The notes: a model not told the origin generated them from the sequence alone. A stretch of 64,000 bases of DNA from Octopus vulgaris (GCA_951406725.2 OX597833.1:68386001-68450000), one strand, 5' to 3'. Shown: positions 13,815-27,311, numbered from the stretch's first letter. A program made the numbers and translations.

Positions 13815-14090
13815 AAAGGCTTGTAGATTAATGGCTAGAGTTTTTGGTGCGTTGTGTCCTTGAGCAAGACTCTTTATTTAACGTTCCTCCAGCCCACGCA
13901 GCAGGTAAAAAAAAAGAGGTGTACGTCTATTTCAAAGGGCCAGCCTTGTTACGTCCTGTGTCACGCTGAATTTCCCTGAAAACTACGTCGAGATTATTTG
14001 TGTCTGTGGTACGCTCAGTCAATTTCACGAGCAGGCTGTTCCGCTGATGGAATCAACTGGAACATTTGCCACTGTAACCGACGAATTCCT
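13815..14090 (+). mobile_element. SINE family B, diverged
   Basis: Contains GTGTCCTTGAGCAAGACTCTTTATTT and TGTCACGCTGAAT...GCAGGCTGTTCCG...ATCAACTGGAAC. Confidence 0.75.
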
Positions 14091-14107
14091 GTTAAATTAA
14101 TTATATG

Positions 14108-14323
14108 TTTCTTTACTACCCACAAGGGGACAAACAAGGACAGACAAACGGATTAAGTTGATTACATCGACCCCAGTGCGTAACTGATACTTAATTTTAT
14201 CGACCCCGAAAGGATGAAAGGCAAAGTGGACCTCGGCCGAATTTGAACTCAGAACGCAGCGGCAGACGAAATACGGCTACGCATTTCGCCCGGCGTGCTA
14301 ACGTTTCTGCCAGCTCGCCACCT
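14108..14323 (-). mobile_element. tRNA-derived SINE family C (central GCCTTTCATCCTTTCGGGGTCGATAAA block, Meta-domain-like)
   Basis: Full-length reverse match to 58412-58640. Confidence 0.9.
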
Positions 14324-15106
14324 TATTCCAGTTAAATTAATTATATCAAAAGGAAGGCATTGTCACCATAAACGAAATTATCACATCACAGATAGAATCT
14401 GTTACATTCATTGGAACATATTTTATGATGAAGCATTTGTGTTCCTGAATCGAAAGACGTTAAATACAATTGGGGTATGATTTATAGCACATGATTCCCT
14501 GCTAATAAATAATCTAGGATACTCATGCTGCGAGAACCTTACATGTAATGCAGTGTCCACCAAAATGCTATTAGTAAGAGACTGATTTGCAGTCGGTGTC
14601 GGTTACGTAGGTTCCTTTAGTAATGTAATCTGAAAGTTAAGTGGAAATACATGTACAAACCTTTTGAAAATCTGAAACGGGGAAAACGGACGTGATGTTA
14701 TGTATAAAATTAAAGATTACACAATAATGGCGATTAGTTTTAGATCAGATGAAGAACGGTTGAGTTTATGATGCTCCGTGTGTGTGTTTGTGTATGAATG
14801 GATGTGTAGGCGTAGCTGTGTATAGTTGTGGTTATTTGTGTGTGTTTGTGTGAGTGTGGGTGTGTGAGTGTGGGTGTGTGTTTGTGTGAGTGTGGGTGTC
14901 TGTTTGTGTGAGTGTGGGTGTGTGTTTGTGTGCGCGTATGAGGGGAAGATAATTCTGTAATTATGCATGTAATGGCGTAGTGTTAAGCTCGTTATTTACA
15001 TGTTGGCTTTGAAGTCGGAGCGAGCGGAGAACAAAGATGCTGCCGTTACTGGGAGATAATGTTCATAAATAGGTGAAAACGGTTCTTCTCTCCTATTCCA
15101 TGCATG

Positions 15107-15111
<5 letters not shown>

Positions 15112-15165
<54 letters not shown>

Positions 15166-15321
15166 AAGGGGCAGATAGAGGGAGCACAAAGATAGACAGT
15201 GATGGAGAGAGAAAGAGAGAGAGACAAAGGGGCAGATAGCGGGAGCACACAGATAGACAGAGATGGAGAGAGAAAGATGGAGAGAGAGAATGGGGCAGAT
15301 AGCGGGAGCACACAGATAGAC

Positions 15322-15366
<45 letters not shown>

Positions 15367-15531
15367 GGCAGATAGAGGGAGTAGACAGATGGAGAGAGGA
15401 AGAGAGAGAGAGAGAGAAAGGGGCAGATAGAGGGAGCACACAGATCGACAGAGATGGAGAGAGAAAGAGAGAGAGAGAGAATGAGAGAGAGAGAGAGAAA
15501 GGGACATATAGAGAGAGCACACAGATAGACA

Positions 15532-15563
<32 letters not shown>

Positions 15564-15680
15564 AAGGGGCAGATAGAGGGTGCATACAGATAGACAGAGA
15601 TGGAGAGAGAGAGAGAGAGAAAGGGACATATAGAGGGAGCACACAGATAAACAGAGATGGAGAGAGAGAAAGAGAGATAA
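15112..15680. repeat. Purine-rich minisatellite, about 60-bp unit AAAGGGGCAGATAGAGGGAGCACACAGATAGACAGAGATG+(GA)n
   Basis: Eight recognisable units separated by variable (GA)n. Confidence 0.9.
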
Positions 15681-16199
15681 AGGAAGAAGAACGAGGAGAT
15701 AGGGATGGCGAGAGAGAAAGGGAGAGCGATGGAAGTAAGCAAATTGTTTATGAAGCGTAAAAAACTCTCAATGTAAGGTAGGGACATTATTAATATGCAC
15801 CCACACAACTACATAGACACAGGAAATTATATGAAATACGCGGAACACACGAGCACACACACATATATATATATAAAGACCCCACCCTCACACACGAAAG
15901 CACACGGACACACACGCGTGCGTATACTCCTACGTACATAAAAAACACAGAGAAATACTAAAACACCATCATCTGTAACATCATATTAATTTTTGTACAG
16001 AATATTATTGAAGTTAATTCTCTTGCTGTTATTATTATTATTATTATTAGTAGTAGTAGTAGTAGTAGTAGTACTAGTAGTTGTAGTAGTAGTCCGAGGT
16101 TGACTTCGCCTTTCATCCTGCAGAGTGGATAAAGTAAGTACCAGGGATGATGATGATGATAATCATCATGATGATGATAATAATAATAATAATGATAAT

Positions 16200-16361
16200 A
16201 TTACATCCACCCCGGTACGCAACTGGTACTTTGTTTATTTACCCCGAAAGGATGAAAGGCAAAGTCGACCTCGGTGGAACTCGAACTCAGTACGTTAAGA
16301 CGGACGAAATGCCGCTAAGCATTTTTTGCCCGGTGTGCTAACGGTCTGCCAGCTCGCCGCC
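16200..16361 (-). mobile_element. SINE family C
   Basis: Reverse complement of the family C head and central block. Confidence 0.85.
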
Positions 16362-16416
16362 TTATAATAATTATGATAATAATAATTCTAATTATAATTA
16401 TCATCATTACTATTAT

Positions 16417-16631
16417 GGCGGCGTGATGGCAGAATCGTTAGCACCCCGGGCGATATGCTTAGCGGCATTTCGTCCGTTTTTACGTACTGAGTTCGAGTTC
16501 CGCCGAGGTCCGCTTTGCCTCTCATCCTTTCGAGGAAGATAAACTAAGTAACAATTGTGTACTGAGGTCGATGTAATCAATTCATACCAACCACCAAAAC
16601 AGAAAAATAATTGCTACCCTTGTGGCAAAAT
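16417..16631 (+). mobile_element. SINE family C (alternative tail CCTTGTGGCAAAATT)
   Basis: Head GGCGGCGTGATGGCAGAATCGTTAGCAC, followed by the B-box region and central block. Confidence 0.85.
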
Positions 16632-17642
16632 TATAATTATTATTACTATTATTATTATTATTATTATTATTTTTGCTGTCGTTATGAATATTTGGGCCTT
16701 ATCTAAAGACCACTACAATAATTACTAATAAAAGCATTGAGATTAAGTTTTTCGGCCAACATCCTTGAGGATGGTACGCTAGCATGTTCACCGTCCAATG
16801 ATTCTATACAAGATTCTCGAAATTGGAATCGACAAGCATTGAGGAGCGATCTATAAATTATATTATTCCCATAAGTCAGACATTATGATAGCTATAGTGC
16901 CTGTCTTTAGCAATAATGAGGTATAAAGCACTGGAGAGATAAGTACTAATGTACATATAATTAAGTCTAACTGGAAGACTAACACTTATGGTAACAAACA
17001 TAACGGTAGGGTTTGCCGAAGTGAAACTAAATTGATTATTCCGAAAGAAAAATTGAGTTAATGAGTGCGTGTGCTTTTTGGAGGCCAGTAATATGTATGT
17101 GTGTGTACATAGATATTTGTAAGTATGTGCTTTTGTATTTTCGCTCATTTCTGCACCTGTCTATAAAAGCATCAATGATGATATTTCTTGAATCATTTCC
17201 ACAACATAGAGACACAGGTGACAAACTCGTATTCAACCACATGTGATCGGTTTCTAACACATATCTCGAAAAACACCTAGAAATATCAGATATGTATGTT
17301 GTCGTTTTAGAGTGTCAGTACTCACACACACATACACACACGCATTTCATTGATGTTATTTCTATTGCAAAGTGTTTTTAAAAAAATATTATCGGAATAT
17401 TTCCTCATGCTTATACTCTATATTGCTGATGTTTCCTTCCTATTTTTTACTATATTTCTATATTTTTTGTCATAGTTAAGTTCTGTTAACGACTTTCAAA
17501 ATATAGACGCTGAAAAAACCTCATAACTGCTCCAATAAACATAACTGCAACTATAAACAAAAATGTAGGTTATTAATCCCTGTTCCTGTGCAGTAGGCAT
17601 ACTTACACCCCTCCTGTATCATCTCCGTGGTATACTGTATCT

Positions 17643-17875
17643 ATTTCTTTACCCTCCGCAAGGGGCTAAAAACAGAGGGGACAAACAAGGACAGACAAAC
17701 GGATTAAGTCGATTATATCGACACCAGTGCGTAACTGGTACTTATTGAATCGACCCCGAAAAGATGAAAGGCAAATTCCGACCTCAGCAGAATTTGAACT
17801 CAGAACCTAGCGGCCGACGAAATACCGCAAATCATTTCACCCGGCGTACTAACGTTTCTGGCAGCTCACCGCCTT
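17643..17875 (-). mobile_element. SINE family C
   Basis: Full-length reverse match to the family C copies. Confidence 0.85.
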
Positions 17876-18545
17876 CTGCGGCATATTGTATCACTGGTAT
17901 AATCATGTCATACACCAATATTATAAACCAATTTTTGACACAAAAATTATAAGGGACAACTACGCCACCATACTGTAATCTAGAAACGCTCTTCAGTGAA
18001 TGTAAACGTCTTCCTGCCGCCTACTATATGGCGCCAGAATATTGTCTGCTCTACGGCGTAGGCCATATATAAGACACACCCTCATCGCTTCTTTTGTGAG
18101 TTTTCTGGCTGAATGGAACCTACGAATTAAGATCCAAATTTCTTCATAAGAATGCTCTCAGTTTTCTTTAAAAGTTTCTCTTTATTTGCATTCCGAGTGT
18201 GTATGACAGTTTTATCCTTTTGAAATATAATAGCGTGGTGCTGAGTAAAACACCGCAGTGCCTGTGTTGGTTCTTGAACTTATCCACAACACATCTCTCA
18301 CCCTCACACTTCTCTCTCTCCCACTTATTCTTATATAATATGTGTGAGTGCTCGCGTGGAAAGTACGATCGAGAGAGAGAGAATGAGAGATATGTATTGC
18401 GAATATGTTCAAGACAGACATGAACATCGTCGTAGAATGGATTATTTTTCACCTATTTCTGACTACATAGACACCTCACATAAATAATGGAAGGGGAGAA
18501 GAGGTAGAAATACATAACAGTAACAGTAGGAATACATAACATTAA

Positions 18546-19141
18546 GGTGGTAAGCTGGCTGAAAGGTTAGCACGCCGGGCGAAATGCTTAGCGGTATTTC
18601 GTCTGCCGTGACGTTCTGAGTTCAAATTCCGCCGAGGTCGACTTTTCCTTTCATCCTTTCGGGATCGATAAATTAAGTACCAGTTACGCACTGGGGTCGA
18701 TGTAATCGACTTAATCCATTTGTCTGTCCTTGTTTGTCCCCTCTATGTTTAGCCCCCTTGTGGGTAATAAGGAAATAGGTATTTCGTCTGCCGTGACGTT
18801 CTGAGTTCAAATTCCGCCAAATTCAACTTTGCCTTCCATACTTTTGGGGTTGATAAATTAGGTACCAGTTGCGCACTGGGATCGATGTAATCGACTTAGT
18901 CCCATTCTCTGCCCTTGTTTGTCCCCTCTATGTTTATCCCCCTTGTGGGTAATAAAGAAATAGGTATTTCGTCTGCCGTGACGTTCTGAGTTCAAATTCC
19001 GCCCAGGTCGACTTTGCCTTTCATCGGGGTTGATAAATTAAGTTCCAGTTATGCACTGGGGTCGATATAATCGATTTCATCCGTTTGTCAGTCCTTGTTT
19101 GTTCCCTCTATGTTTAGCTCCTTGTGGACAGTAAAGAAATA
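18546..19141 (+). mobile_element. SINE family C trimer: one full unit plus two head-less units of about 185 bp
   Basis: Units restart at 18778 and 18963 with GGTATTTCGTCTGCCGTGACG, immediately after the tail GAAATA. Confidence 0.9.
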
Positions 19142-20052
19142 TATTTTTCGCGCATTTCTGACTACATAGACACCTAAAATAATTAATGGAAGAGGAGAAG
19201 AGGTAGGAATACGTAACAGTACAGAAGAGGACGGCACGGTTTCATTCCCTCGTCACTCTATGGGTCTAAAACGTTGAGCGATTTCCCCTCAACCGTTTGA
19301 GTACGATTTTCACCAGATATATTCACACAGCTAGATCAACTTTCCTATGATAAAAATCCTGATATTTAATTGGATGCATCAATATGACCTTTAGCCTCGT
19401 TATAATAGCGCAATTATTTTTATTTTTTATTTATTGATCAAAGCTATCAGAAGTACATTTCTTACATCAAATTAATTAGATCTTTATATGTAATACAATA
19501 TAATATGCAATGACATTTAATTCATCTGCTCACCATAATTATGCTTTCTCGACTATGCTCATCTCTCTCTCTCTCTCTCTCTCTCTCGCTCCTACTCTCA
19601 TCATTCTCTCGCTCTATTTCTCTCTCTCCTACTCTCTCTCACACTCTCCCGTTCTATGCTTACTCTATTTTTCGAACTGTTCATTGAATGTTCCAGATGT
19701 TTTGTTACATGATATATATAGTTGGATAAACATATATCATTTGTGTTATATTCTACTTCTTTTAGTCTTTGAACTGCGGCCACGATGGAGCGTCACCTTC
19801 AAGGGGTCAGTGGAGACCCCCCCCCCAATACTTAGTTTTTTGTTTTGTTTTCTTGTGAAACTATGTATATGAGCCTTAATCTCTCGGTCGCTAAGTTACC
19901 AGGGAGTAAACAAATTAACATGAGTGTTCAGGCGGTGCCGGGGGAGAAATTAGCAAATCGGTAATTAAGACCGTATCAGGATTATTAAAAACAAAACAAA
20001 ACATAATTACTGGGTTCTATTTGTTCGAATAAAGTGTAGAGACAAATAAAAG

Positions 20053-20077
<25 letters not shown>

Positions 20078-20086
<9 letters not shown>

Positions 20087-20270
20087 AACACGTGACCGAC
20101 CAGACCATCAGATGTTGTAACACATCGCTGGTCACAATGCGTTCGCATTGTTTTAGCCTTCGAATGACGCCACCCCGCTGGCTAAGCGAGCAGGCCAACA
20201 GAAGAAAAGTGGGAGTAAGAGTGGTGAAAGAGTACAGCTGCCCTAACCACTGGGCCATTGCGCCTCCACA
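20078..20270 (-). mobile_element. tRNA-derived SINE family D, internally deleted
   Basis: Matches 31207-31486 and 52340-52658, but lacks the segment between GAGTACAG and CTGCCCTAACC. Flanked by TA tracts. Confidence 0.85.
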
Positions 20271-20273
20271 CAC

Positions 20274-20319
<46 letters not shown>

Positions 20320-21239
20320 GTGTGTGTGCATGTATGTATGTATGTATATATGTCTCACTCTTTCTTCCTACTTCTGCCGCACAGCAGAAGAACCATGGTG
20401 TAACCCACTATGGTGTGGTAAACGTTCAGATACTAGTAAAGATTACGAATTCTCTGTACCCCAGGATGGTTCAGCTCTCCGCCAGTTAAAATCCACCGTT
20501 TACAGAATGAAGATAACAACGTAGCTTTCGCGCCCATGCAACCGCCAGTGGTGGGTGGATCTTCATGTTGCCACACGCATTCTTAGTAGCTTAGAGTAGG
20601 CTCGAATTAGAGATTATTCTTTGTCGCTAATGGCGTGAGTCCTGATTGGAAGAAGAAGAAGAAGAAGACGTAGAAGAAGAAGAAGACGTAGAAGAGGACG
20701 AAGAAGAAGACCGCAGTTAAGTCAATAACAATGAAAAACGCATTGCTCTTATGAAATGATTTAGTGGAGAAGAAAAACAGCCTGACCTCAACACAACAGG
20801 CTTCCTATCTGTAGCAGATTCACTCATAAACACGCCGTTTCTCATTATCCGACACGATGCTGTATATTAATATGAATATAATAGAATATAAACATTATGT
20901 TTCCCCTTAAGATGGTTTCAATAAACACACAAAAACAGTTCTCAAATATTTATTTACCCACATTCAATATAATTAAATGATCGATACATATGCGTAGTGC
21001 TAATCATTTGAATATGTTCGATGAAGCAATATGGTTCCGTTCCATCTTTGTACGGAAAACTAGAAAATTGTTTACTCATTGCATTATATTTCCGAGTACA
21101 AATTTGTTGATAAACTAGCAGATTTGTTTGACCACTGCCTTGCAAGAGAAATTTAGTAGATAAATATAGAGATATCATATTTATCGCCCCAGTTTCTCAA
21201 TTTCTCCCTCTCCATATGTATGTGTGGAGCGTTTGCAAA

Positions 21240-21295
<56 letters not shown>

Positions 21296-21459
21296 TGGTT
21301 GCAAAGTTTGCCACAAGGGCAGCCATTTTGCGGGTGAGGGCGAGTCGACCACACGGTCTCCACTGTTCAGCTGGTACTTAACTTATCGACTCCGAAAGGA
21401 GAAAAAGGCAAATTGGACCTCGGCGGAATTTGAGCTCAGATATATATATATATATATTA

Positions 21460-21650
21460 TTTTACTTGTTTCAGTCATTTGACAGGCGGAAATACTGGAG
21501 CACCACATTTAGTCGAGCAAATGGACCTCAGGAATTATTGTTTGTAAGCCTAGTATTTATTTTCTTGATCTCATTCGCCGAACCGCTAAAATACGAACAC
21601 TTAAACATCCGGTTGTCAATGATGTTGAGTGGACAACAAACACACACACA
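21460..21650 (-). mobile_element. SINE family A 3' half, preceded by a family C fragment at about 21295-21440
   Basis: TTGTTTCAGTCATTTGAC...CTGGAGCACC...TTTGTAAGCCTAGTA...GCCGAACCGCTAA. Confidence 0.75.
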
Positions 21651-21660
21651 CAGACATATG

Positions 21661-21707
<47 letters not shown>

Positions 21708-21744
21708 ATGGCCGTCCACTCGTACCGAGGAAGACCATTGCCGA

Positions 21745-21783
<39 letters not shown>

Positions 21784-22343
21784 ATACGTATTGGATGTGC
21801 TTTGTTTACACGCCTAATCTGCTGCAGGATACTATCCTGGGAAATCTCACATTATATATTTGCATCCGATAATGTTTACGCTCCTAGGGTTGTTTTTACT
21901 TCATAGCTTAACATGTGTGTTTCTGTCTGTATGTGTGTAGGCAGAGAGTGAAAGTGAATTCTGCGGGCAGCCTTCAAATTCGTCTCTTAAAAAAACATTC
22001 GTTTTACCCAATATTTACGCTATTATTTATATGTTTCGTCATCAAGCGTTCCAAAACAGATAATTTCATGTTCTCTCCCGCAGTTGAATAAACTCATAAG
22101 TAAGAGATTGAGAGAGAAATAATATATAGTAATCTCTCTCCTTCACACACACTTAAAACTAACACACGCATTATATACACACTATACACACATACACTGT
22201 TTGTCTGTCTGTTTGTTTCTCTCTCACTATATATATATATATATATATAAACATAGTAAATAGGGTAATAAATGTAAATTATTATTACCAGTGACCTAGC
22301 ACAAAAGACGAATTAGTCATTAGACTATACGTTATTCATATAT

Positions 22344-22453
22344 AAATACATTAAAAGGCTTCCAAATAAAGAAGCGAGTGCTAGATACACATGAATTTAT
22401 CCCCCTTTTTGTGTATCTAGCACTCGCTTTTTTATTTGGAAGCCTTTTAATGC

Positions 22454-22457
<4 letters not shown>
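22344..22457. repeat. 48-bp inverted repeat (2 mismatches, 18-nt spacer) at the end of a 210-bp insert in (TA)n
   Basis: 22344-22391 matches the reverse complement of 22410-22457. Confidence 0.9.
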
Positions 22458-22521
<64 letters not shown>

Positions 22522-22627
22522 TCGTGTGTGTATTTCCAAAATAGAGGCGAACACATTTCTCTATGCGATCGGCTTGGAAAACTGTGATATTTTCCTACTT
22601 CCCTTAACATGAGAAAAATAGTAGCCT

Positions 22628-22690
<63 letters not shown>

Positions 22691-23979
22691 CACACACACA
22701 CATATATATATATTAGTGTTGGCTTGTATTTTTGGATTAATGTTGTGTAGTACTCCGAAATTTTACCTCATTCCATTCCCAGTCGGTGGTGTTTATCTTT
22801 ACGACAGCGTCTCGCTGTTAGATCTCTCTATTGCTCTTTTCTTCCAGAGAAGGTACGAAGGGCTTGTAACGTTTTCCCAAGATACACAGCATTATTTTTA
22901 CTGACTTTTGTCATCATTTGTTATCTACGTCGATACAAGCTTCTTAACTGTACGCCAATGTAATTACCGCAACCCAGTATCCGACTTCAAAATAAAAACA
23001 TTGATACAGCACAATGGAAGCCATTAATCTATACATCTGTTCTATATAGCAATTAAGTAACGTTACCTTCCAGGAACATTTTAAAACTGGGTTTCTTTAC
23101 TTATATCGGATATTAAACTACTGCTACTTACATCGACCAACTTCGTATAATTAGATCTTTTGTCGACATAAAACCGTTGCGTTTGTTACAGTTTAATGTA
23201 GCTGATAAGTGGTTTCTTTATTTTTTTCCTACCAGTAAATTATCCGATGTAAATTTCTGTGGAAATTACTGAGAGATAAAGCCTTCCTTGATGTTGTTTA
23301 ATAAAACTGTGTTTATTTTGTGAATTGATTTTTTCGGAAAATTAGCAATCACCCTCTCTTTCCAAAATCAACATTACCTCTATTTAACTGATGAGGCGTA
23401 AACAATATTTACCTAAACGTTGTCAATCTCTTTCTCTGTGTTTGATACATAGGACGAAACTTAAGAAAAGCAGCAAGAATGAGATTTTCCTGGCAAGAAT
23501 ATCTGGCATTGAAATCGCAATTGCGGTTGCCATATTCCTTCCAGGCATACCACATGACATGCGTGCAACTGAAGTGAAAACCGTTTAAGAAGTAACGCCA
23601 TAATAGTTTTGAAACGTATGGAAAATCCTTCAGATATACGACATGAAAATAAATGGCCAATTTGTAAACTAACATATTGCATTTGAACATTTTTTTAGAT
23701 TAATGCTGCCATATTTATATTTATTTTTTAGAAGTATTATTTTGAATATAATTTAGAAAATACACCCCCAAGATATTTTCAACCCCAAACGCGAAAATAA
23801 TTAAGAAATGCTAAATTATTAATAGAAATTTAAAGTTTACATACGCCATTCACAGAAATATAGCAGATTCTTCAATAACGCACACTGCTGCTGCTACTAC
23901 TACAACTACTACTATCAATTTCATGTGTGTCCCTGTGGGTAATAAAATAAATTAATGTTGTTCTTGTTGTTGTTGCTGT

Positions 23980-24300
23980 TGGTATTGCTTTACTTTATAC
24001 AAACTGCACCCAAATCTCAAGGAGAGCGTCAAGAGGTAATGGAATATTGCATCTAAAATTGCAAACACGTGAAGTGCGATGCAACTGGAAACGCCGATAT
24101 TTGTATGTAAAATAATCTTTATGAAATTTATAATAAAACTGAATGAATAAAATTGAATTTACATGGAGAGGAATTTACATATAATATGTTAGGTTCCCAA
24201 AAGTATGATTTCCTGCAACTGAAATATATTTTGTGACTGCCAGGAATTTGGTCTATCTGTTTGTTCGCTCCTTTAGATATCATTGCATATGCCACAGTAA
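23980..24300 (-). mobile_element. R4/Dong-type LINE 3' end, old
   Basis: Minus strand reads VAYAMISKGANKQIDQIPGS...LQEIILLGT*HIICKFLSM*, homologous to 50438-50590. The 3' UTR shares CCAAATCTCA with that copy. Confidence 0.7.
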
Positions 24301-24582
24301 AAATGTAGTTGTCGCTTCGTGCTGCGAGCTGTTTTTTGAATGGAGTTGACAAGTGACCGCCCTCGACCCCAGCATTTGAGCGGTAAATTATTAACTTGAC
24401 CCCACGAGCAAGATAGACAATGTTGAGCTTGAGGGTATTTGAACTCGGTACGTAAAAAGCCGGAAGAAATACGTTGAACACCTTGTATGTTGTTCAAACG
24501 ATTCTGACAACAGAAGCCCCTGGAACTAAAGCTATGAGATGCCTTCGTTTAATATTTCTATACAGCAATAACATAATATGAG

Positions 24583-24790
24583 TTTCAAATGTTGGCACGA
24601 GGCCAGCAATTTTGGGGAAGGGAGCTAAGTCAATTACATTGACACCAGTGCTCAACTGGTACTTATGTTACCGACCACGAAATGATGAAATGCAAAGTAG
24701 ACCTAGACGGAATTTGATCTCAGAACCTAAAAAACGGGCGAAAAGCCTACCAGCATTTCGCCCGGTCGGCTAAAGATTCTTCTAGCTACA
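24583..24790 (-). mobile_element. SINE family C, diverged
   Basis: TTTCAAATGTTGGCACGAGGCCAGCAATTT...CAACTGGTACTTA...GAATTTGATCTCAGAAC...GCATTTCGCCCGG. Confidence 0.75.
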
Positions 24791-25674
24791 ATTCTATATT
24801 ATTTTTAACAACATTGCCCATAATATAATGTCTTGTGCCGCAGGATTTTCAGTTAACTTTCGATTATTTTCACCGTTGTATAATAATATATTCTCATTGA
24901 TTCTTTCAAATTTTGCAAATACATAATTTCTAATATCATTCGCAATTCTTAATAAATTCTAAAACGTGTTTCATTAACCCTGGAGGCTGTTTTAGATTTT
25001 CCTTGAAATGCTGAAATTACTTCTCAAAACGACGTATTTACTTTGCTGTATATATATTTCATCACTTGAACGCTGATAGAAAAATAATTGGATACATCAT
25101 TGTTTATTAAATATAAATCACATTATTTTATAGTTTTGGTAAGGATAGACATTTCTAACAAGTTTATATTGCCTGCTTTATAAATCATAGGTTATAGAAA
25201 TATCAAAACTGCGATGAAATATAGTTTGTTGTTCAATTAAGCATGAGCTGCAGTTGTAAATACAAATAGTCCGTTTCATTTGATTACGGTTTTTCTCTTT
25301 GTATTATTTTTACCGCCTCAGGAAATATCGAAATCAGAATATTAAGGAATTTACAGAAATATCTGTATGAATTTAATACATTTCTTTAAAGATTCGCACA
25401 GGTTTCTGCCTCAGAGCAGTGTGAATCAGTTGAAGGGTTTTAGGAGAAAAATCGGCTTTCAAATTGAGAAGAGGCGAAGTTATTGTCGCGTGATAAGACT
25501 TCTTCTTTCCAACCTCGTACTTCCAGGTTCAGTCTTACCGTACGGCATCATCGCTAAATGATTCTTACGCTAGCTTCTGGGACCACTAATGGTTTGTAAA
25601 TGAATTTGGTATGAGGAATGTATGTCGAAGACCATTTTATATACATGAATATATATATATATATATATATATAT

Positions 25675-26013
25675 GAAGGCGCATGGCTCAGTGGTTAGAG
25701 CGTCGAGCTTACGATCGTGAGGTTGTGAGCTCGAATCCCGGACCGGGCTGCGTGTTGTGTTCTTGAGCAAGACACTTTATTTCACGTTGCTCCAGTTCAC
25801 TCAGCTGTAGAAATGAGTTGCGACGTCACAGGTGCCAAGCTGTATCGACCTTTGTCTTTCCCTTGGATAACACTGGTAGCGTGGAGAGGGGAGGCCGGTA
25901 TGCATGGGCGACTGCTTGTCTTCCATAAAAACAACCTTGCCCAGACTTGTGCCTCAGAGGGTAACTCTCTAGGTGCAAACCCATGGTCACTCATGACCGA
26001 AGGGGGTCTTTAC

Positions 26014-26017
<4 letters not shown>
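25675..26017 (+). mobile_element. tRNA-derived CORE-like SINE family E, full length and young
   Basis: A box TGGCTCAGTGG, B-box-like GCTCGAATCC, CORE-like TTGAGCAAGACACTTTATTTCACGTTGCTCCAGTTCACTCAGCTGTAGAAATGAG, tail GGGGGTCTTTACCCT. Lies between (TA)n tracts and closely matches 42798-43142. Confidence 0.9.
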
Positions 26018-26086
<69 letters not shown>

Positions 26087-27255
26087 AATCCAAACGGGAA
26101 AACAGAAAAAACAGAAAAAAACAACAACACGTGGAACAATTAAAGTATTATTATTAGATATATATATATATATATAATAGTTTCAATATATAACCATAAA
26201 AGTAGAATTTAAATGCCGCTAATTGTTGATGAGTGAATCTCATATCACTTATATATGCAAGAAATACGAAGTGCACATATTATATCCACCCATAGGCGAG
26301 CCTTGTGTGTTTTCTTGCAATATAAGGGCTATTCAGCATCCCCAGCCACAGTTAGTCATGAATATATTTATACACACAGACACACACACACGCACATATA
26401 TATGTCCGGCAATATATTTGCTTCGCTTTGAATATATATTTTTACGAAAGTTGCCTATACGTTGAAAGTTGCACGACTCTCGGCTCTCGTTTGTAACCAG
26501 ATGATTGAGTAATTGAGTAAACTGAGACAACTTGAACTGATAAATTGCTCAGTATGTTCATATAAGGTGATAATAATTTAGGACGTCATTTTCGTATTAA
26601 GAAGCGAAATGTAATATTTGGACTTAGATTTAGCCAATATATCGTATATAGTAATGTGATTACTGCATGTGTAGATGCTACGTGATGGCAAGATCTACTG
26701 GAAATATCGGGCCAAATTGTTCGCCTCAACGGCACCGAAGACAAACTGCACGTTTTATTGTCTCTATAGATAGAAGGAATATCGTTGGTTAAATTAATTA
26801 CAAGATAGACTCACGTATGAAGTTTCAGTTCCAATCCTCCAAAGCCGCTGCAGATTCGAAAGCTACTATCGAGAAGAGTTTCAAAAACTAGCTCTATTCA
26901 CTGGATTTTAGAAACGGGTACTCACTTGGAATATCGTAAGGAAATTTCATAAGTGAAATACTATAAAAAGCGAAGAAAACACCGAGTTGGACGATCACAA
27001 CAAAAATGACAATCGCATTTCATGAGGTGAGATAAGACTGACAAATCTACTGGAGATATTAACAGGCAAACTATAACCCAGCAGATGAGATACGACAATG
27101 CAATTAATACTAAAATACGGTCTTTAAGTGAATGCATACAGCGTTGTGATTCTAATAAGAATGTGAATGAATATTAAGACTGTGAATAGCAGCTAACGAG
27201 CCAATCACCTAAAATGTACGTTCAAAGAACTCGATTCTCTCTCCCTACCCTGAAC

Positions 27256-27311
<56 letters not shown>

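Noticed and set aside
23388-23430. CTGATGA followed by a small hairpin; similar hits at 2467 and 7339
   Set aside because: No GAAA at the required position and no stem I pairing, so these are not hammerheads.
25675-25750. tRNA-like sequence with A and B boxes; also the other SINE heads
   Set aside because: It continues into SINE body and tail and lacks a proper acceptor stem, so it is not called as a tRNA gene.
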